Positions 27,519 to 38,702 of a stretch of 64,000 nt of DNA are shown piece by piece. Every line of letters starts with the position of its first letter. Position 1 is the stretch's first letter. The translations under genes and the position numbers were made by a program. Location of the stretch: NCBI GenBank assembly GCA_021810045.1, contig JAJZJR010000004.1:18351-82350 (forward strand), written 5' to 3'. The notes under the pieces are model-generated. The model saw only the letters and a list, made by a program, of their open reading frames with translations, was not told the DNA's origin and searched no databases. Source of the DNA: Thermoplasmata archaeon. GTDB lineage: Archaea; Thermoplasmatota; Thermoplasmata; Thermoplasmatales; Thermoplasmataceae.

Positions 27519-28133
27519 TCATTCCTCAAATTCAACAGGAAGCTGCTCAGAAATCCATTGCTGCATACCTCCCATTACGGTGGCAGCGTTCAGTCCATTA
27601 TCTGCAAGAAACAGGGCTGCCACCTCGCTTCTGTTTCCATGGGCACAAATAACTGCGTACCTGTCACTCCTGTTAAATTCGTGAAGCCTGGAGGGGAGAT
27701 CATTCATTGGGACCTTAATGCTGTTTTTTATTGTTCCGGACATCCATTCGTAAGGTTCCCTGACATCGATAACAGTATACCTGTCAAATTCCCTGTAGAG
27801 ATCATCCGGGGTTATTTCGCCCACACTTGAAAGAAAACGCCCTTCTTCTTTCAATTTGGCAAGGCCATCAGAAATATATTCCTGTACCTCAAGCTCCACA
27901 TTTTTCAGTTCTTCAATGGCTTTTGAGGCGAATTCCTGGGTCTCGGCAACAAGTGCCAGGCCTATTTTCGTTCCGCTAAGCCATGACTTGATGGATCTGG
28001 CCCATCCATAGGGACTGAAAGGAGCATTTACTGATCCTGGTATGTGGGCTTTCATGAATTCATGGTTGTTTCTTGTGTCAATAACCACTATTTCCTGATT
28101 TTGAATTTTTTCCATTAATGATTCGTAATCCAT
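27519..28133 (-). CDS. tandem rhodanese-domain sulfurtransferase
   Basis: Two rhodanese modules. The second carries a GlpE-like active-site loop CAHGNRS, whereas the first lacks the Cys. Confidence 0.8.
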   Translation of the reverse strand: MDYESLMEKIQNQEIVVIDTRNNHEFMKAHIPGSVNAPFSPYGWARSIKSWLSGTKIGLALVAETQEFASKAIEELKNVELEVQEYISDGLAKLKEEGRFLSSVGEITPDDLYREFDRYTVIDVREPYEWMSGTIKNSIKVPMNDLPSRLHEFNRSDRYAVICAHGNRSEVAALFLADNGLNAATVMGGMQQWISEQLPVEFEE

Positions 28134-28334
28134 AGTTATAACACATAGCGAATTTATTTCCTCCTAATAACCTTAACATCCTAGGAAATTACCGGCGGTA
28201 AGTATTCCTGCAAACAGGTTTACCTGAGTTGTTTCTGGCATAAGATTCTAAAAAAATGCCATATATATTCCATAACGGCGAAAGAATTTACGATAGTTAA
28301 AATTATATGCGACTATAATCTCTTCTATCGGCAA

Positions 28335-29723
28335 ATGTTCAAACCCACTGAAGAAAAACAGTTAGGACCCAGGCTTGGTATAAGCATCTGGTTCTTGGCG
28401 GCTGTATTCTTCGCTGTGATGTTCTTCGTTATCGTTAACGTAAGTAATACGTGGAACATTTTCACAATCTATGCAACCTTGTCCTGGTCCTTTGGAATGC
28501 CCATTGTAGTTGTCAGTTTCCTTGGAGCAGTCAGGTCAGGCAGCCTGAAACTCTCCAGTTATACAGGAAGGGTTTCAAACCTCATTGTTTTCCAGATACC
28601 AACAATAGGGTCCCCAGATGTTCTGGGTGCCCTTTACCGTGTAGTGGACTCAATTCTCAGGTGTGCTCCAAAGAATCTTGACAACTGGAGGGTAGATGTT
28701 GTTACCGAAGAGCATTCAAAGGCCCTTGATGAGATAAGGGAGCATTATTCATTCGATCCCCATGTGAACATAGTTGTTGTTCCAAAGGGGTATGAGACAA
28801 ACAACAGGTCAATCAACAAGTCAAGGGCAATGCAGTACGGTCTTGAGTATCACATAGAAAGAGGAGAAGTCAATGACCAGATCTGGTACTTCCACCTTGA
28901 TGATGATGCTTCAGTGGGCCGGGATACTGTGGCTGCAATTGCAGAACACATCAAGTACAAGGGAGACCAGTATTACATAGCCCAGGGTGTTCTTGCTTTC
29001 CCCCATCACCTTTCAAAATCCATCATTGCGAAATTTGCAGATTCCATGAGGCCTACGGACGACCTCACAAGATTCTACTTCTTCACTTCCCTTGTCAAAA
29101 TACCCCTTGTGGGCCTTCATGGTGAAAATCTCCTTGTGAGATCAGACATAGAGGCCCAGATCGGGTGGGATAACGGGAACAGGCCAATCTCAGATGACAG
29201 CTGCTTTGGACTTCGATTCTCAGAGAAATTCCCTGGAAAATCCTCTTTCCTTCCAGCATTCACATACGGGGCATCCCCATCATCCGTGAGGGATCTTCTC
29301 AGGCAGAGGAGAAGGTGGCTCGTAGATCTCACAAACCTTGGACTTTTTGGTCCACTTCCATGGAAATACAGACTCATCTTCATCTATTCAGTGCTGTTCT
29401 GGAGCAGCATGGTGACCCAGAATGTGATTCTTGGCGCCATGATCCTGCAGTTCTTCCATATCATAAGTTTTACCCTCATCACTCCTCCTATGGGTGTAAT
29501 GTGGGCGTTCACGTTCAGCTTCTGGATATGGTTCTACTGGAACGGTCTGCACATAAACCACAGCGTTTCCGAAAAAAAGACTCCATTCTGGAAGAATGCG
29601 CTTCTTATGATACCGCTCTTCTTCCTGGTCATAGGACCACTGGAATTCATAGGCGGAGCCTGGGGAATTTATGCATTCGTGAGGAACGAGAGAAGGTTTG
29701 AGGTCATAAGCAAACCTTCCTGA
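28335..29723 (+). CDS. membrane-embedded family-2 glycosyltransferase (processive type)
   Basis: N- and C-terminal TM segments. HLDDD acidic motif and QRRRW (the Q-x-x-R-W signature). Confidence 0.7.
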   Translation: MFKPTEEKQLGPRLGISIWFLAAVFFAVMFFVIVNVSNTWNIFTIYATLSWSFGMPIVVVSFLGAVRSGSLKLSSYTGRVSNLIVFQIPTIGSPDVLGALYRVVDSILRCAPKNLDNWRVDVVTEEHSKALDEIREHYSFDPHVNIVVVPKGYETNNRSINKSRAMQYGLEYHIERGEVNDQIWYFHLDDDASVGRDTVAAIAEHIKYKGDQYYIAQGVLAFPHHLSKSIIAKFADSMRPTDDLTRFYFFTSLVKIPLVGLHGENLLVRSDIEAQIGWDNGNRPISDDSCFGLRFSEKFPGKSSFLPAFTYGASPSSVRDLLRQRRRWLVDLTNLGLFGPLPWKYRLIFIYSVLFWSSMVTQNVILGAMILQFFHIISFTLITPPMGVMWAFTFSFWIWFYWNGLHINHSVSEKKTPFWKNALLMIPLFFLVIGPLEFIGGAWGIYAFVRNERRFEVISKPS

Positions 29724-29735
29724 TCCGGTTAAAAT

Positions 29736-30287
29736 TCATTCCAATTTTTCAATAAGTCCAAAAATTTTAACAACGTCCCTGCAGCTAATCTGCCCTGGAC
29801 TTGTTTTTTCTCCAGCATGGCAGTATATCAGTCCTGAACCAAGCAGTGAATATACAATCCTTGAAGCAGGGGTTCCATCAGTTTCCATTACAGCAAGATT
29901 CCTGTATCGGTTAAGGAGTGAAATGAGATGCCGGGATGAAACCTCTGACTTGCGTAAAGCGATCTTAAGAAACCTGCATTTCCCACCATATTCTCTTACC
30001 AGGGATTCAAGCTCCTCATATGTTGGGTCTTCGTGAAGGTAATGCCTGGAAAGAATCTGATCCCCGTAATCCAGTGGTATGCTGCCCAGGTTGGATATTT
30101 CAATGTCAACCAGAAACCCATTCTGTATTGCGGATCTGAGAAGCCGGATCTTTGTCTCCGGGTTAACATCTCTTACCCCTCCTTCTTTCACATCTCTCAC
30201 AGTAATGATGAGTCTTTCCCTGTATTCCCTGAATATTTCCATGGTGAGACTCTCCGGGTCACTGAAGTAATCAAGCCTCAGTTCCAC
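29736..30287 (-). CDS. aroD: 3-dehydroquinate dehydratase, type I (annotated from the first canonical start, GTG; homology continues upstream)
   Basis: VELRLDY... core. The in-frame upstream sequence KTVASLPFTGTDVVDRIKDIPTDL looks like the genuine AroD N-terminus but contains no ATG, GTG or TTG (see finding). Confidence 0.8.
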   Translation of the reverse strand: MELRLDYFSDPESLTMEIFREYRERLIITVRDVKEGGVRDVNPETKIRLLRSAIQNGFLVDIEISNLGSIPLDYGDQILSRHYLHEDPTYEELESLVREYGGKCRFLKIALRKSEVSSRHLISLLNRYRNLAVMETDGTPASRIVYSLLGSGLIYCHAGEKTSPGQISCRDVVKIFGLIEKLE

Positions 30288-30361
30288 AAGATCCGTGGGG
30301 ATATCCTTTATTCTGTCAACAACATCTGTGCCGGTGAAAGGTAATGAGGCAACAGTTTTTG

Positions 30362-31576
30362 TTACGATCTTAATGATATTTTCCCCCCAAGCCTTATCAG
30401 GTCATCGTAGAACCTGGGATTACTTTTTGCAACGGCCTCAGCTCCATATATCATTCCACCGGATCTGAGGGAAAGAACAGTTCCAAGCATTGCAATACGG
30501 TGGTCTTTCCAGTCTTTTACTATGCCCGAGTGCCAGTTTCCATTATTTCTTATGTTCATGCCATTGTCGGTGGAAACCTCAATGCCAAAGGCCTCCAGTG
30601 TTCTGGATACAGACTGGATCCGGTTGCTTTCCTTTATCTCAAGCAGGCTTGTGCCAAGAATCCTGTATTCTCCTCCTGAAATGGCGGAAAATGCAGCAAG
30701 TGAAACGGCCATGTCAGGGGAATCCTCTATATCTTCAGTGAAAGACAGGAAATCCCCATTGCCTGACACGTGCCAGGTATCATCTTCGACATAACTCCCT
30801 GCCCCGGATTTTCCCACAATGTCAACTATACGGAGATCTCCCATGCTCCAGTTCCGGCTGGACAGACCTGTGATATTCACACTCCCTTTTGTTATGAGTG
30901 CCGCTGCAGCATAAAATGAGGAGAGTAGAAAATCACCGGGTACTTCACCTGAGAATTTCAGGGGTTCCATGAGGGCTTGAACACTTATGTCCAGTCCATG
31001 GTAATAAATGCTGCATCCAAGGCTGTTGAGAACACTGCAGGTCATTTCAATATACGAAGTGGATCTTACAGGAGGAAGGAGCCTGATCTTTCCTCCACCG
31101 GAAAGGAGCAGTCCGTAGATTATCCCACTGATATACTGGCTGCTTTCAGATCCTGGGATTTCAACGTTACGGGAAGAAATTTTTCCGGAGATTGCAAGTG
31201 GGAGATGATCGCTGCTCATTGAAACTCCATTGGCTTCAAGCCAGGATCTTATAACAGTAAGCGGTCTCTTCTGAAGAGTCTCATCTCCCATGATCGTGCA
31301 TTTCAGTCCGAGAAATGCCAGAATAGGGAGAAGCATTCTCAATGTTGTGCCAGAACCCCCGACATCAATTATCCCAACATCGGTATCAGATGAATCAATT
31401 GTCTTCCGGACCTGGTCTATTGCACTCAAAGCTGCATCAACATCATGGGAATGCTCAAGTTTTTCCAGTCTCACATCTCCAAGGAGACTGGCGAAAAGAA
31501 GCCTTATGGCTATGCTCTTGGATTGCGGTGCCCTTATGGTGCCTTTGATTACTGATGGCGAAACCTGGGCTCTCAC
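30362..31576 (-). CDS. aroA: 3-phosphoshikimate 1-carboxyvinyltransferase (EPSP synthase)
   Basis: 404 aa. Has the PQSKSIAIR and GGSGTTLRML motifs. Confidence 0.9.
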   Translation of the reverse strand: MRAQVSPSVIKGTIRAPQSKSIAIRLLFASLLGDVRLEKLEHSHDVDAALSAIDQVRKTIDSSDTDVGIIDVGGSGTTLRMLLPILAFLGLKCTIMGDETLQKRPLTVIRSWLEANGVSMSSDHLPLAISGKISSRNVEIPGSESSQYISGIIYGLLLSGGGKIRLLPPVRSTSYIEMTCSVLNSLGCSIYYHGLDISVQALMEPLKFSGEVPGDFLLSSFYAAAALITKGSVNITGLSSRNWSMGDLRIVDIVGKSGAGSYVEDDTWHVSGNGDFLSFTEDIEDSPDMAVSLAAFSAISGGEYRILGTSLLEIKESNRIQSVSRTLEAFGIEVSTDNGMNIRNNGNWHSGIVKDWKDHRIAMLGTVLSLRSGGMIYGAEAVAKSNPRFYDDLIRLGGKISLRS

Positions 31577-31578
31577 TC

Positions 31579-32346
31579 TTAGATTGGCCTCCTGGTTATT
31601 GGGGAACCGAGAGATGAAAAGATGTCCATGATCGGCCCCTCTTCTCCCTCCTTGACAAGTGCAAACAGTGATGGCCCGTTACCTGAAACACCTGCCGCTT
31701 TTGCACCAGAATCGATTGCTTTCAGCAGCAGATCTGTTTCATAGCCGAGTGCCTGGGAGACAGTCAGGCCATTATGTGCCATGGCCTCTATATATCGGCC
31801 ATTGTAAACCATGGAGGCTATTCCCTTGAATGCAGGCCACCTCCTTCTTAGCAGTTCCGGATCAAAATTGACCCTGGGACCCCTTGGAAGAAGCACGAAC
31901 AGGTAACCATCTGGAAATGGCACTTTTCTGACGATCTTCATATTGGTGTTATCGCAAATAGAAATTCCTCCATATAGGGATGCCACCACATCATCCAACG
32001 CACCGGTGATGGACACCCCCGCTTCAATGGACAGCTTTGCTGCCAATACAGGAATATCCACATCCATCCCGGTAAGGGATGAAAGTGCCGCTACTGCACC
32101 TGCAGCAACTGCACTGCTGCTCTTTAGCCCTCCACCCTGCGGGATTTCACTCTTCACCTTTACTGAAACCTCTCTTCCTGATTTGCTGGAGAAATACCTG
32201 GTTATGGTATCCAGCAGGATCGAATCAGGACTCTGTGGACCAAACGATGCTTCCACCTCAACTGGAAGATCAACAGCACAGGAGGAACCAAGGCCCAACG
32301 GGATGGCATTCAGTATTGAGACTCCTCCATGGGTTATCACTGACAT
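31579..32346 (-). CDS. archaeal GHMP-family shikimate kinase
   Basis: 255 aa with the GHMP motif [13 protein letters not shown]. It lies between aroC and aroA. Confidence 0.85.
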   Translation of the reverse strand: MSVITHGGVSILNAIPLGLGSSCAVDLPVEVEASFGPQSPDSILLDTITRYFSSKSGREVSVKVKSEIPQGGGLKSSSAVAAGAVAALSSLTGMDVDIPVLAAKLSIEAGVSITGALDDVVASLYGGISICDNTNMKIVRKVPFPDGYLFVLLPRGPRVNFDPELLRRRWPAFKGIASMVYNGRYIEAMAHNGLTVSQALGYETDLLLKAIDSGAKAAGVSGNGPSLFALVKEGEEGPIMDIFSSLGSPITRRPI

Positions 32347-33494
32347 TTTCCGGTATACTCCTTCCAGCGTTCCTCAATCAGGTCTGATTCACTTTCAGAA
32401 AGCCTGGCATGGGGAATAATGCCTGCAATCCTGGAATAATCTGCCAGCACAACTGCCATCATGGCTTCTGCAACAGATACACCTCTAACAGCAACAACGG
32501 GGTCGTGTCTTCCAGTGACGGAAATTTCTGCTGGTTCAAGTGTATCTAGATCCACAGTCCTGGCTGGAATCCTTATGGAGCTTGTAGGCTTGAAGGCACA
32601 TCTTATGCATATATCATCTCCTGTTGTAAATCCACCAAGCATTCCACCAGCCATATTCTTTCTTAATTCCAGCTCTCCCTCGTCGCTCTTTATTATTTCA
32701 TCGGCTGCTTCTGATCCCTTCATTCTGGACGCCTTAAATCCCATTCCATACTCAAAACCTGTAACAGCAGGTATAGAAAGCAAAGCCATCCCAAGCTCAG
32801 CCTTTATTTTATGGAAAACAGGTTCTCCAAGGCCTTCAGGAGGTTTTATGGCAAACACTTCGGCAACTCCGCCGTAACTGTCACCTTCCTTCATTGTGGT
32901 TTTGATCAGGTCTGTGTATTTTTTATCTGTTTCCCGATCCAGGGCTCTCGTCTGGAATTTCTTTGAGTTCAGCGATAACAAGGGATCTGTGCAATGGGAT
33001 CCTTCCAGTGGGCCTATGGATTTCAAATATCCCGAAACATAAGTTGAGGTGTACATCAGCAGTTTCTTTGCAACAGCACCGGCCGCCACTCTTGAAACGG
33101 TCTCTCTTGCACTGGATCTGCCGCTTCCCCGGTAATCCCAGTTTTCCCTCCCGTACTTCTTTATGAGAGGAAGATCTGAATGTCCTGGCCTGGGTTTGTG
33201 ACTGACCTGGGAATATAGGGAGGAAATGGCATCCACGTTCCTGAATATTATGGCAATAGGGGCACCAGTTGTCTTTCCATTGTAAAGTCCACTGATAATT
33301 TCAGGCTCATCTGTTTCCCTTCTACCAGAAACCAGGTAATTGCCGGTCTTTCTGAACTGGAGTTCAAAACTGATATCTTCGGGAGAGAGCATGAGGCCAG
33401 CCGGAACTCCGTCTATTACAACACCCATCGCCGGGCCGTGACTCTCACCAAAGGTGGTTACCCTGAACTGATTACCTACTGTGCTTGACATCAA
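32337..33494 (-). CDS. aroC: chorismate synthase
   Basis: [31 protein letters not shown] and GRSSARET motifs. Confidence 0.93.
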   Translation of the reverse strand: MMSSTVGNQFRVTTFGESHGPAMGVVIDGVPAGLMLSPEDISFELQFRKTGNYLVSGRRETDEPEIISGLYNGKTTGAPIAIIFRNVDAISSLYSQVSHKPRPGHSDLPLIKKYGRENWDYRGSGRSSARETVSRVAAGAVAKKLLMYTSTYVSGYLKSIGPLEGSHCTDPLLSLNSKKFQTRALDRETDKKYTDLIKTTMKEGDSYGGVAEVFAIKPPEGLGEPVFHKIKAELGMALLSIPAVTGFEYGMGFKASRMKGSEAADEIIKSDEGELELRKNMAGGMLGGFTTGDDICIRCAFKPTSSIRIPARTVDLDTLEPAEISVTGRHDPVVAVRGVSVAEAMMAVVLADYSRIAGIIPHARLSESESDLIEERWKEYTGKCQ

Positions 33495-34290
33495 TGACCT
33501 CCAGTATTTCAGTAAATTCGGCTTCTATATTATTCCAGATCCTTTGTGAGTGTATTGCCTGAGATGCGAGAATATCTTCTCCAGTTATGAAAGCGGTTTC
33601 TCCCGTGAATCTGTTCCGGAAGTTTCCTGAACGGGAAGCATAATTGAAATCCACGGCAAGTTTCGAACGCATTCCCGGATACATGAACTCCGGATATGAA
33701 ATGCAGTTGACAAAAACTTCCGATTCCATGGTCTCCTTTGATATCTCCGTCTTAAGGGTAACAGACTGTGCGTCTATTCCGGAACGGGTAAGATCATTTT
33801 CAAGTTTCTGTGCTTTTTCCAGGCTCCTGTTAATTATTGTTACATACATTTTCATGTTTCCAAACAGATATGAAGCAGTTCTTGCTGCCCCTCCTGAACC
33901 AAATATGGTGCATTCTTTCCCGGCAAGATCAAGATCCTGTCTTGATATCAGTTCCTGAAGTGCAAGATAGTCTGTGTTGTAACCCCTGTTGTTCTTTACA
34001 AGGTTAACGCTCCCCGTGAGTGATGCCTCAGGAGATAATTCCTGCAACAGTTTTGCAGCATTCTCTTTGTAAGGTGTTGTTACATTGAATCCGGATGCGT
34101 ACTGGATCAGGGTATCCATGGCTGTGCTGAAGTCCTGTTGTGGGACATCAAAGAGGCCATAAACTGCCTTTATGCCAAACTTCCTGAAAATGTGGTTGTG
34201 AATTTCAGGAGAAAGGGAATATCTGATCCTGTAACCAAGCAGCCCGTATATTCCCGTTTTACTGTCATTTGAGAAGGCCAAGATAATCAC
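33472..34290 (-). CDS. aroE: shikimate 5-dehydrogenase
   Basis: [21 protein letters not shown] and GSGGAAR motifs. Confidence 0.9.
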   Translation of the reverse strand: MIILAFSNDSKTGIYGLLGYRIRYSLSPEIHNHIFRKFGIKAVYGLFDVPQQDFSTAMDTLIQYASGFNVTTPYKENAAKLLQELSPEASLTGSVNLVKNNRGYNTDYLALQELISRQDLDLAGKECTIFGSGGAARTASYLFGNMKMYVTIINRSLEKAQKLENDLTRSGIDAQSVTLKTEISKETMESEVFVNCISYPEFMYPGMRSKLAVDFNYASRSGNFRNRFTGETAFITGEDILASQAIHSQRIWNNIEAEFTEILEVIDVKHSR

Positions 34291-35311
34291 TTATGCTACT
34301 GAGTTCCACTTCACAAACTTTTGGTATCCCGGGTTTTTCCGGAATGGGAAGTTTCAGTGTATGTCTAGTTGACTTTTTGTCCGATAAAATATATTGTATC
34401 AGCTCCTCCGGGGGACCAGGCAAATAATCCTCCCTTTTTACTGAGAAACCCAGATGGGTTACAAGTTCCCCGATCCTTTTCCGGACATCCGGTGTTACTA
34501 ATCCTTTGGAAACAGCATAATCTGTTTCCATAAGCATTCCTCCAATAACAGCCCGGCCATGACTTATTGAAAAACCTGAGAGAGCCTCTATGGCATGTCC
34601 AATGGTATGCCCATAGTTCAGGACAGCTCTTATCCCCTTCTGGTCAAACTCATCCTGTTCAACCAGGTCCATCTTGTCCTTTACACACCTGGTGAGCAAA
34701 TACTGGGTTTTCTCTTCATCTTCAAGAATTTCATTTACAGAATTATTCATGAGGAACTCCTGAAGTTCAATATCAAGTATTGCTGCGTATTTTGCTATCT
34801 CACCAATTCCATCTTCAATAAGGAATTTTGGCATTTCCCTGACAAGGGATGTGTCAATAATGATTTCAGAGGGGCTGTAAAAAGTTCCAAGTACATTCTT
34901 CACACCCTTGAAATTAACGCCATTTTTTCCTCCCATGGAAGCATCAACCATGGATAAGAGCGTAGTGGGAACAGAAATGTACCTGATTCCTCTGAGATAA
35001 ATGGAGGCTGCAAACCCTGCAACATCAGAAACTGTGCCTCCTCCGAAGGATATGAGCATGGAATTTCGCTTGAAATTACCCACCATTAGTTTGTCCAGTA
35101 CCTGTATAACTGTTTCCATGGTCTTGGATTCTTCTCCATCGCTGATTCCTATGTATTCAGCAGAACCATGGATATGTGATTTTACCAGATCCTCCAAGGA
35201 TTCCGGAAACAGGACAAGAGCATCCTCTAATTCTCCCAGCGAACTTATTGCACCTGTTCCAAGGATTATTTCTGTAACTCCCCTGGAAAGTCTGTAGGAA
35301 AATCTCTGCAT
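34265..35311 (-). CDS. aroB: 3-dehydroquinate synthase
   Basis: GGGTVSDVAGFAAS, VPTTLLSMVDAS.GGK and LNYGHTIGHAIE motifs. Confidence 0.92.
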   Translation of the reverse strand: MQRFSYRLSRGVTEIILGTGAISSLGELEDALVLFPESLEDLVKSHIHGSAEYIGISDGEESKTMETVIQVLDKLMVGNFKRNSMLISFGGGTVSDVAGFAASIYLRGIRYISVPTTLLSMVDASMGGKNGVNFKGVKNVLGTFYSPSEIIIDTSLVREMPKFLIEDGIGEIAKYAAILDIELQEFLMNNSVNEILEDEEKTQYLLTRCVKDKMDLVEQDEFDQKGIRAVLNYGHTIGHAIEALSGFSISHGRAVIGGMLMETDYAVSKGLVTPDVRKRIGELVTHLGFSVKREDYLPGPPEELIQYILSDKKSTRHTLKLPIPEKPGIPKVCEVELSSISDYLGLLK

Positions 35312-35312
35312 A

Positions 35313-36302
35313 TTACACCTTTATGGCTTTACGGAGCGATTTAATGGCATCCGTGAGTTTCTTCAGGTCATCTACAGTAATCTGCTGTTGTGCATCACTC
35401 AGGGCATTCTCAGGACTAGGGTGAACCTCAACAAGCAGCATGTCTGAGCCTGCAGCAACAGAGGAAAGTGCCAGTGGCATAACAAGATCCCTTCTTCCAG
35501 CCGGGTGGCTTGGATCTGCACATACGGGAAGATGTGACTCCTTCTTTGCCCTCGCAATTGAACCAACATCCAGAGTGAATCTGGTGGCATTTTCAAATGT
35601 CCTTATGCCTCTCTCACAGATGATCACTGAACCGTTTCCTTCGCTCAATACATAATCTGCAGTGGCCATCCATTCAGTATAGGTGTTACCCATTCCCCGT
35701 TTCAGGAGAACAGGTCGCCCATCTCTGGCAACCTTTCTGAGTAACTGGAAGTTCTGTGCATTACGTGATCCAATCTGAAGGAGATCCACGCCATTGAAAT
35801 TCCCGATGTTGTCGGAATCAAGTATCTCAGAAACAATAGGCAGATCTGCTGCTTCCCCCATCTTCCTGAGGATGTCAAGACCTTCGCTGCCTTTTCCCTG
35901 AAATGAGAATGGGCTTGTCCTGGGTTTGTAGGCTCCGCCACGTATGATATTGGCTCCGGCTCTTTTCAGTTCAATTGCAAAATCCTCGACGTTCTCGTCA
36001 AAGTCAATTGAGCATGGGCCTGCCGCTACGGTAACATCATGTCCCACCTCAACATCCCTGACATTGACCATGGTGTCTTCCTGTTTCCATATTCTTGAAC
36101 TGAGGATAAATTCACTGTCAACAGAGGTCTGAAACTCTATATCCGGATGACTGAACGCCTGTCCTGAGTCTGGCCACATCAGCACAACAGTTTTTCCATA
36201 AAGCTGAATCTTCCTTATGGAAACCGTGTCGTTTCCGGGCGCCTCCAGGAATTCCGTGGAGGCGGAGTTGTTCTTTAATACAAATATCCTGTACTTTACC
36301 AA
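35313..36302 (-). CDS. 3-deoxy-7-phosphoheptulonate (DAHP) synthase, class I-beta with N-terminal regulatory domain
   Basis: AAGPCSI, GGAYKPRTSPFSFQG, LQIGSRN, KRG and DPSH motifs plus a ~70-aa N-terminal extension. TTG start. Confidence 0.88.
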   Translation of the reverse strand: MVKYRIFVLKNNSASTEFLEAPGNDTVSIRKIQLYGKTVVLMWPDSGQAFSHPDIEFQTSVDSEFILSSRIWKQEDTMVNVRDVEVGHDVTVAAGPCSIDFDENVEDFAIELKRAGANIIRGGAYKPRTSPFSFQGKGSEGLDILRKMGEAADLPIVSEILDSDNIGNFNGVDLLQIGSRNAQNFQLLRKVARDGRPVLLKRGMGNTYTEWMATADYVLSEGNGSVIICERGIRTFENATRFTLDVGSIARAKKESHLPVCADPSHPAGRRDLVMPLALSSVAAGSDMLLVEVHPSPENALSDAQQQITVDDLKKLTDAIKSLRKAIKV

Positions 36303-36534
36303 ATAAATCCCTCAAATGAGGAAGATCATGCATACTGTATCCATGGAAAGAATAGAAATATTACCACAGTGACTTTTATATGCTCTTCCTCTATGTCCAT
36401 GACACTCTGTATCACTGTAAATATTTAAACATTACTGTTTTGTATCAAACAATATTTATTCTATAGCACCAATATAGTGACTACGCAATCAATTCAAAAA
36501 TTGGAAAAAATTAAAAAAGGGTATTTTAAAGACT

Positions 36535-38091
36535 TTAAGCAGAAGGTTCTTCCTTGCTGTTCTTTATGCCCATTGCCCTGGTCACGTATGTTCCAACAAC
36601 AGTTATGATCACGTTAACCAGGAGTGCGAACAGACCAACGAAGACAAGGATTTCGCTTGCTCCCAGATGACCGAATAGGTAAAATGATGTCTGGATCTTA
36701 CCGAATTTGGCATTTGCTTCAATCATCATGTATATGTCCAAAATCATACCGACTGCCCAACCAACGATCATGGAATGCTTGTTCAGCTTGGGGAAGTAAA
36801 GTCCCATAAACAGTGCAGGCAGTGTTTCAAGGATGAAACCTCCGGCGAGCAGCTGCAGCTGTATAGCAAACGTGTCATTGATGACCAAAGTAAAACCTAC
36901 AGCTATGAAGATAAATATTATGGTGATTATCTTTGCCCAGAAAGTTTCACTCTTGGAGGATAACGGTACTTTCTTGTATGGTTTTACAACGTTTCTGATA
37001 AACAGGTTTGCAGAGGCAATTGACATAATTGCTGCAGGGACTAGTCCTCCAATGAATATTCCAAGGAAGGCAAATCCAGCGAACCAGCTGGGCATTGTGT
37101 ACAGGATCAGGGCTGGAACCACGTAGACACCGCCAGTTCCAGATGGGAAACTGTTCACATAGCTAAGGGCTGGGCCAACAGCATATATCAGGACGCCGAA
37201 CAGTGCAAGGAATGCAAGACCGATACCATAGACTGGAAGCAGTGCTGTACTCATTCTAAGATTCTTAGCACTGTTAGAGCTCAATGATCCATTCACGGCA
37301 TGAGGATATAGATAAAGTGCCAGGGCACTGCCAATCCACAATGTTGGGTAAGCCACCGAATAAGTATTCAAAGGAAGAGTCTGGAATGCTGATGCCGCTT
37401 TTGCTGCAAAAGCTGTCTGAAAGCCCCCATATGCCATAGGCACAGCAATTATGACCACTATGACCGTTATGAAAATGATCGCATCCTTGAACAACGCAGT
37501 AAGACTGACACCTCTTAGACCGCTAATGAATGTGAAAGCGATCAAGATAATAACTGAAACAATCAATGCTAGGTTAATGATCAGACCAAGGTTTCCAGTA
37601 TTAACCGGGAACATGACTGTCAGTACAGCTTTCATTCCTACAAGCTGCAAACCCACATATGGCAATTCTGCCACAATGCCTGTTACAGCAATGAGCAGAC
37701 CAAGTGTCTTGCTGGAGAAAGTGTCAGTTACGTAATCTGCTGCAGTAATGTATCCTTTCTTCTTTGAAATAGACCACAACTTTGGCATCATGAGCATTGC
37801 CACAGCAAATGTTACAGCAACGTATGGAACAGCGAAGAAGTAGATACCGCCCTTTGCAAATAAGCTTGAAGGCACTGCTATGAAGGTATAAGCTGTATAC
37901 AAGTCAGCCCCGACCAGGAACCACGTCAATACAACGCCCAGCTTCCTGCCGGCGAGAGACCACTCATGGAGTTGTGATTCATCTCCTCTCCTGAAAAATC
38001 TCCCCATAAATCCAATGACTGCAAAAACTACAAAAAGGACAATGAAAACGATAAAACCAGCAAGAGGCAACCCTCCATCAGGCCCAATCAT
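36535..38091 (-). CDS. sodium:solute symporter (SSS) family transporter
   Basis: 518 aa with about 13 hydrophobic segments. It is preceded by a DUF3311-like small subunit, the arrangement seen for MctP/ActP-type SSS permeases. Confidence 0.75.
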   Translation of the reverse strand: MIGPDGGLPLAGFIVFIVLFVVFAVIGFMGRFFRRGDESQLHEWSLAGRKLGVVLTWFLVGADLYTAYTFIAVPSSLFAKGGIYFFAVPYVAVTFAVAMLMMPKLWSISKKKGYITAADYVTDTFSSKTLGLLIAVTGIVAELPYVGLQLVGMKAVLTVMFPVNTGNLGLIINLALIVSVIILIAFTFISGLRGVSLTALFKDAIIFITVIVVIIAVPMAYGGFQTAFAAKAASAFQTLPLNTYSVAYPTLWIGSALALYLYPHAVNGSLSSNSAKNLRMSTALLPVYGIGLAFLALFGVLIYAVGPALSYVNSFPSGTGGVYVVPALILYTMPSWFAGFAFLGIFIGGLVPAAIMSIASANLFIRNVVKPYKKVPLSSKSETFWAKIITIIFIFIAVGFTLVINDTFAIQLQLLAGGFILETLPALFMGLYFPKLNKHSMIVGWAVGMILDIYMMIEANAKFGKIQTSFYLFGHLGASEILVFVGLFALLVNVIITVVGTYVTRAMGIKNSKEEPSA

Positions 38092-38303
38092 TCTTCCTCA
38101 TCCCCCTTTGCACGGCTAATCAGGAAAGCTGCCACTCCAAATAAAATAGCGGAAAGAGCCAACCACAGAGTTTGATACCAATAGAAGAGGGGTACACCTG
38201 CCAATTTGGGGTCAACTTTGTCGTACAGCGGGAGAACTATGTACGCAAAGAATGGTATTATCATTAAAATACCAGCCACCAAATATGCACTCTTCTTGCT
38301 CAT
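38088..38303 (-). CDS. DUF3311-like small membrane protein accompanying the SSS permease
   Basis: MSKKSAYLVAGILMIIPFFAYIVLPLYDKVDPKLAGVPLFYWYQTLW... matches the DUF3311 hallmark P..G.P.FYWYQ. I trimmed the start to ATG 38303. The stop overlaps the permease start. Confidence 0.65.
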   Translation of the reverse strand: MSKKSAYLVAGILMIIPFFAYIVLPLYDKVDPKLAGVPLFYWYQTLWLALSAILFGVAAFLISRAKGDEEE

Positions 38304-38702
38304 TTGAGTATGAACTGTGCTATCACTTGGCATAAAGAATGATATGATGTTGGGTATATAATAACATTGCGGAAACCTAATACGGAGAGGCAAACGTATT
38401 TAGTTCATAAACTGTTTTTACATCCTTTTCTGAGCTCCTTCTTAAAATGTTGTTTCTTATAGGCAATTGTCTGTCTTTTCAGGTGAATCAGTAAATCATT
38501 ACTGTTCCTGTAAATATCCCTAATATTAATGGTGCTTCAGGCAACTAATGGGGGAATCATATAAAATGGAGTTTTTCACGGGAGAAACGTTCTTTGCGAA
38601 TGCAGAAAATATGCTTCATTGTAATCTGAAAAGGCTTAAATAAAAGCTAGATACCTGAATAATGGCGTATACGGTTAATCTATGCTGTAAAGATGCAATG
38701 TT

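Noticed and set aside
38304-38393. 30-codon N-terminal extension of the DUF3311-like gene
   Set aside because: The extension (MPLRIRFPQCYYIPNIISFF...) is not membrane-protein-like. The DUF3311 pattern begins right after the internal ATG at 38303.
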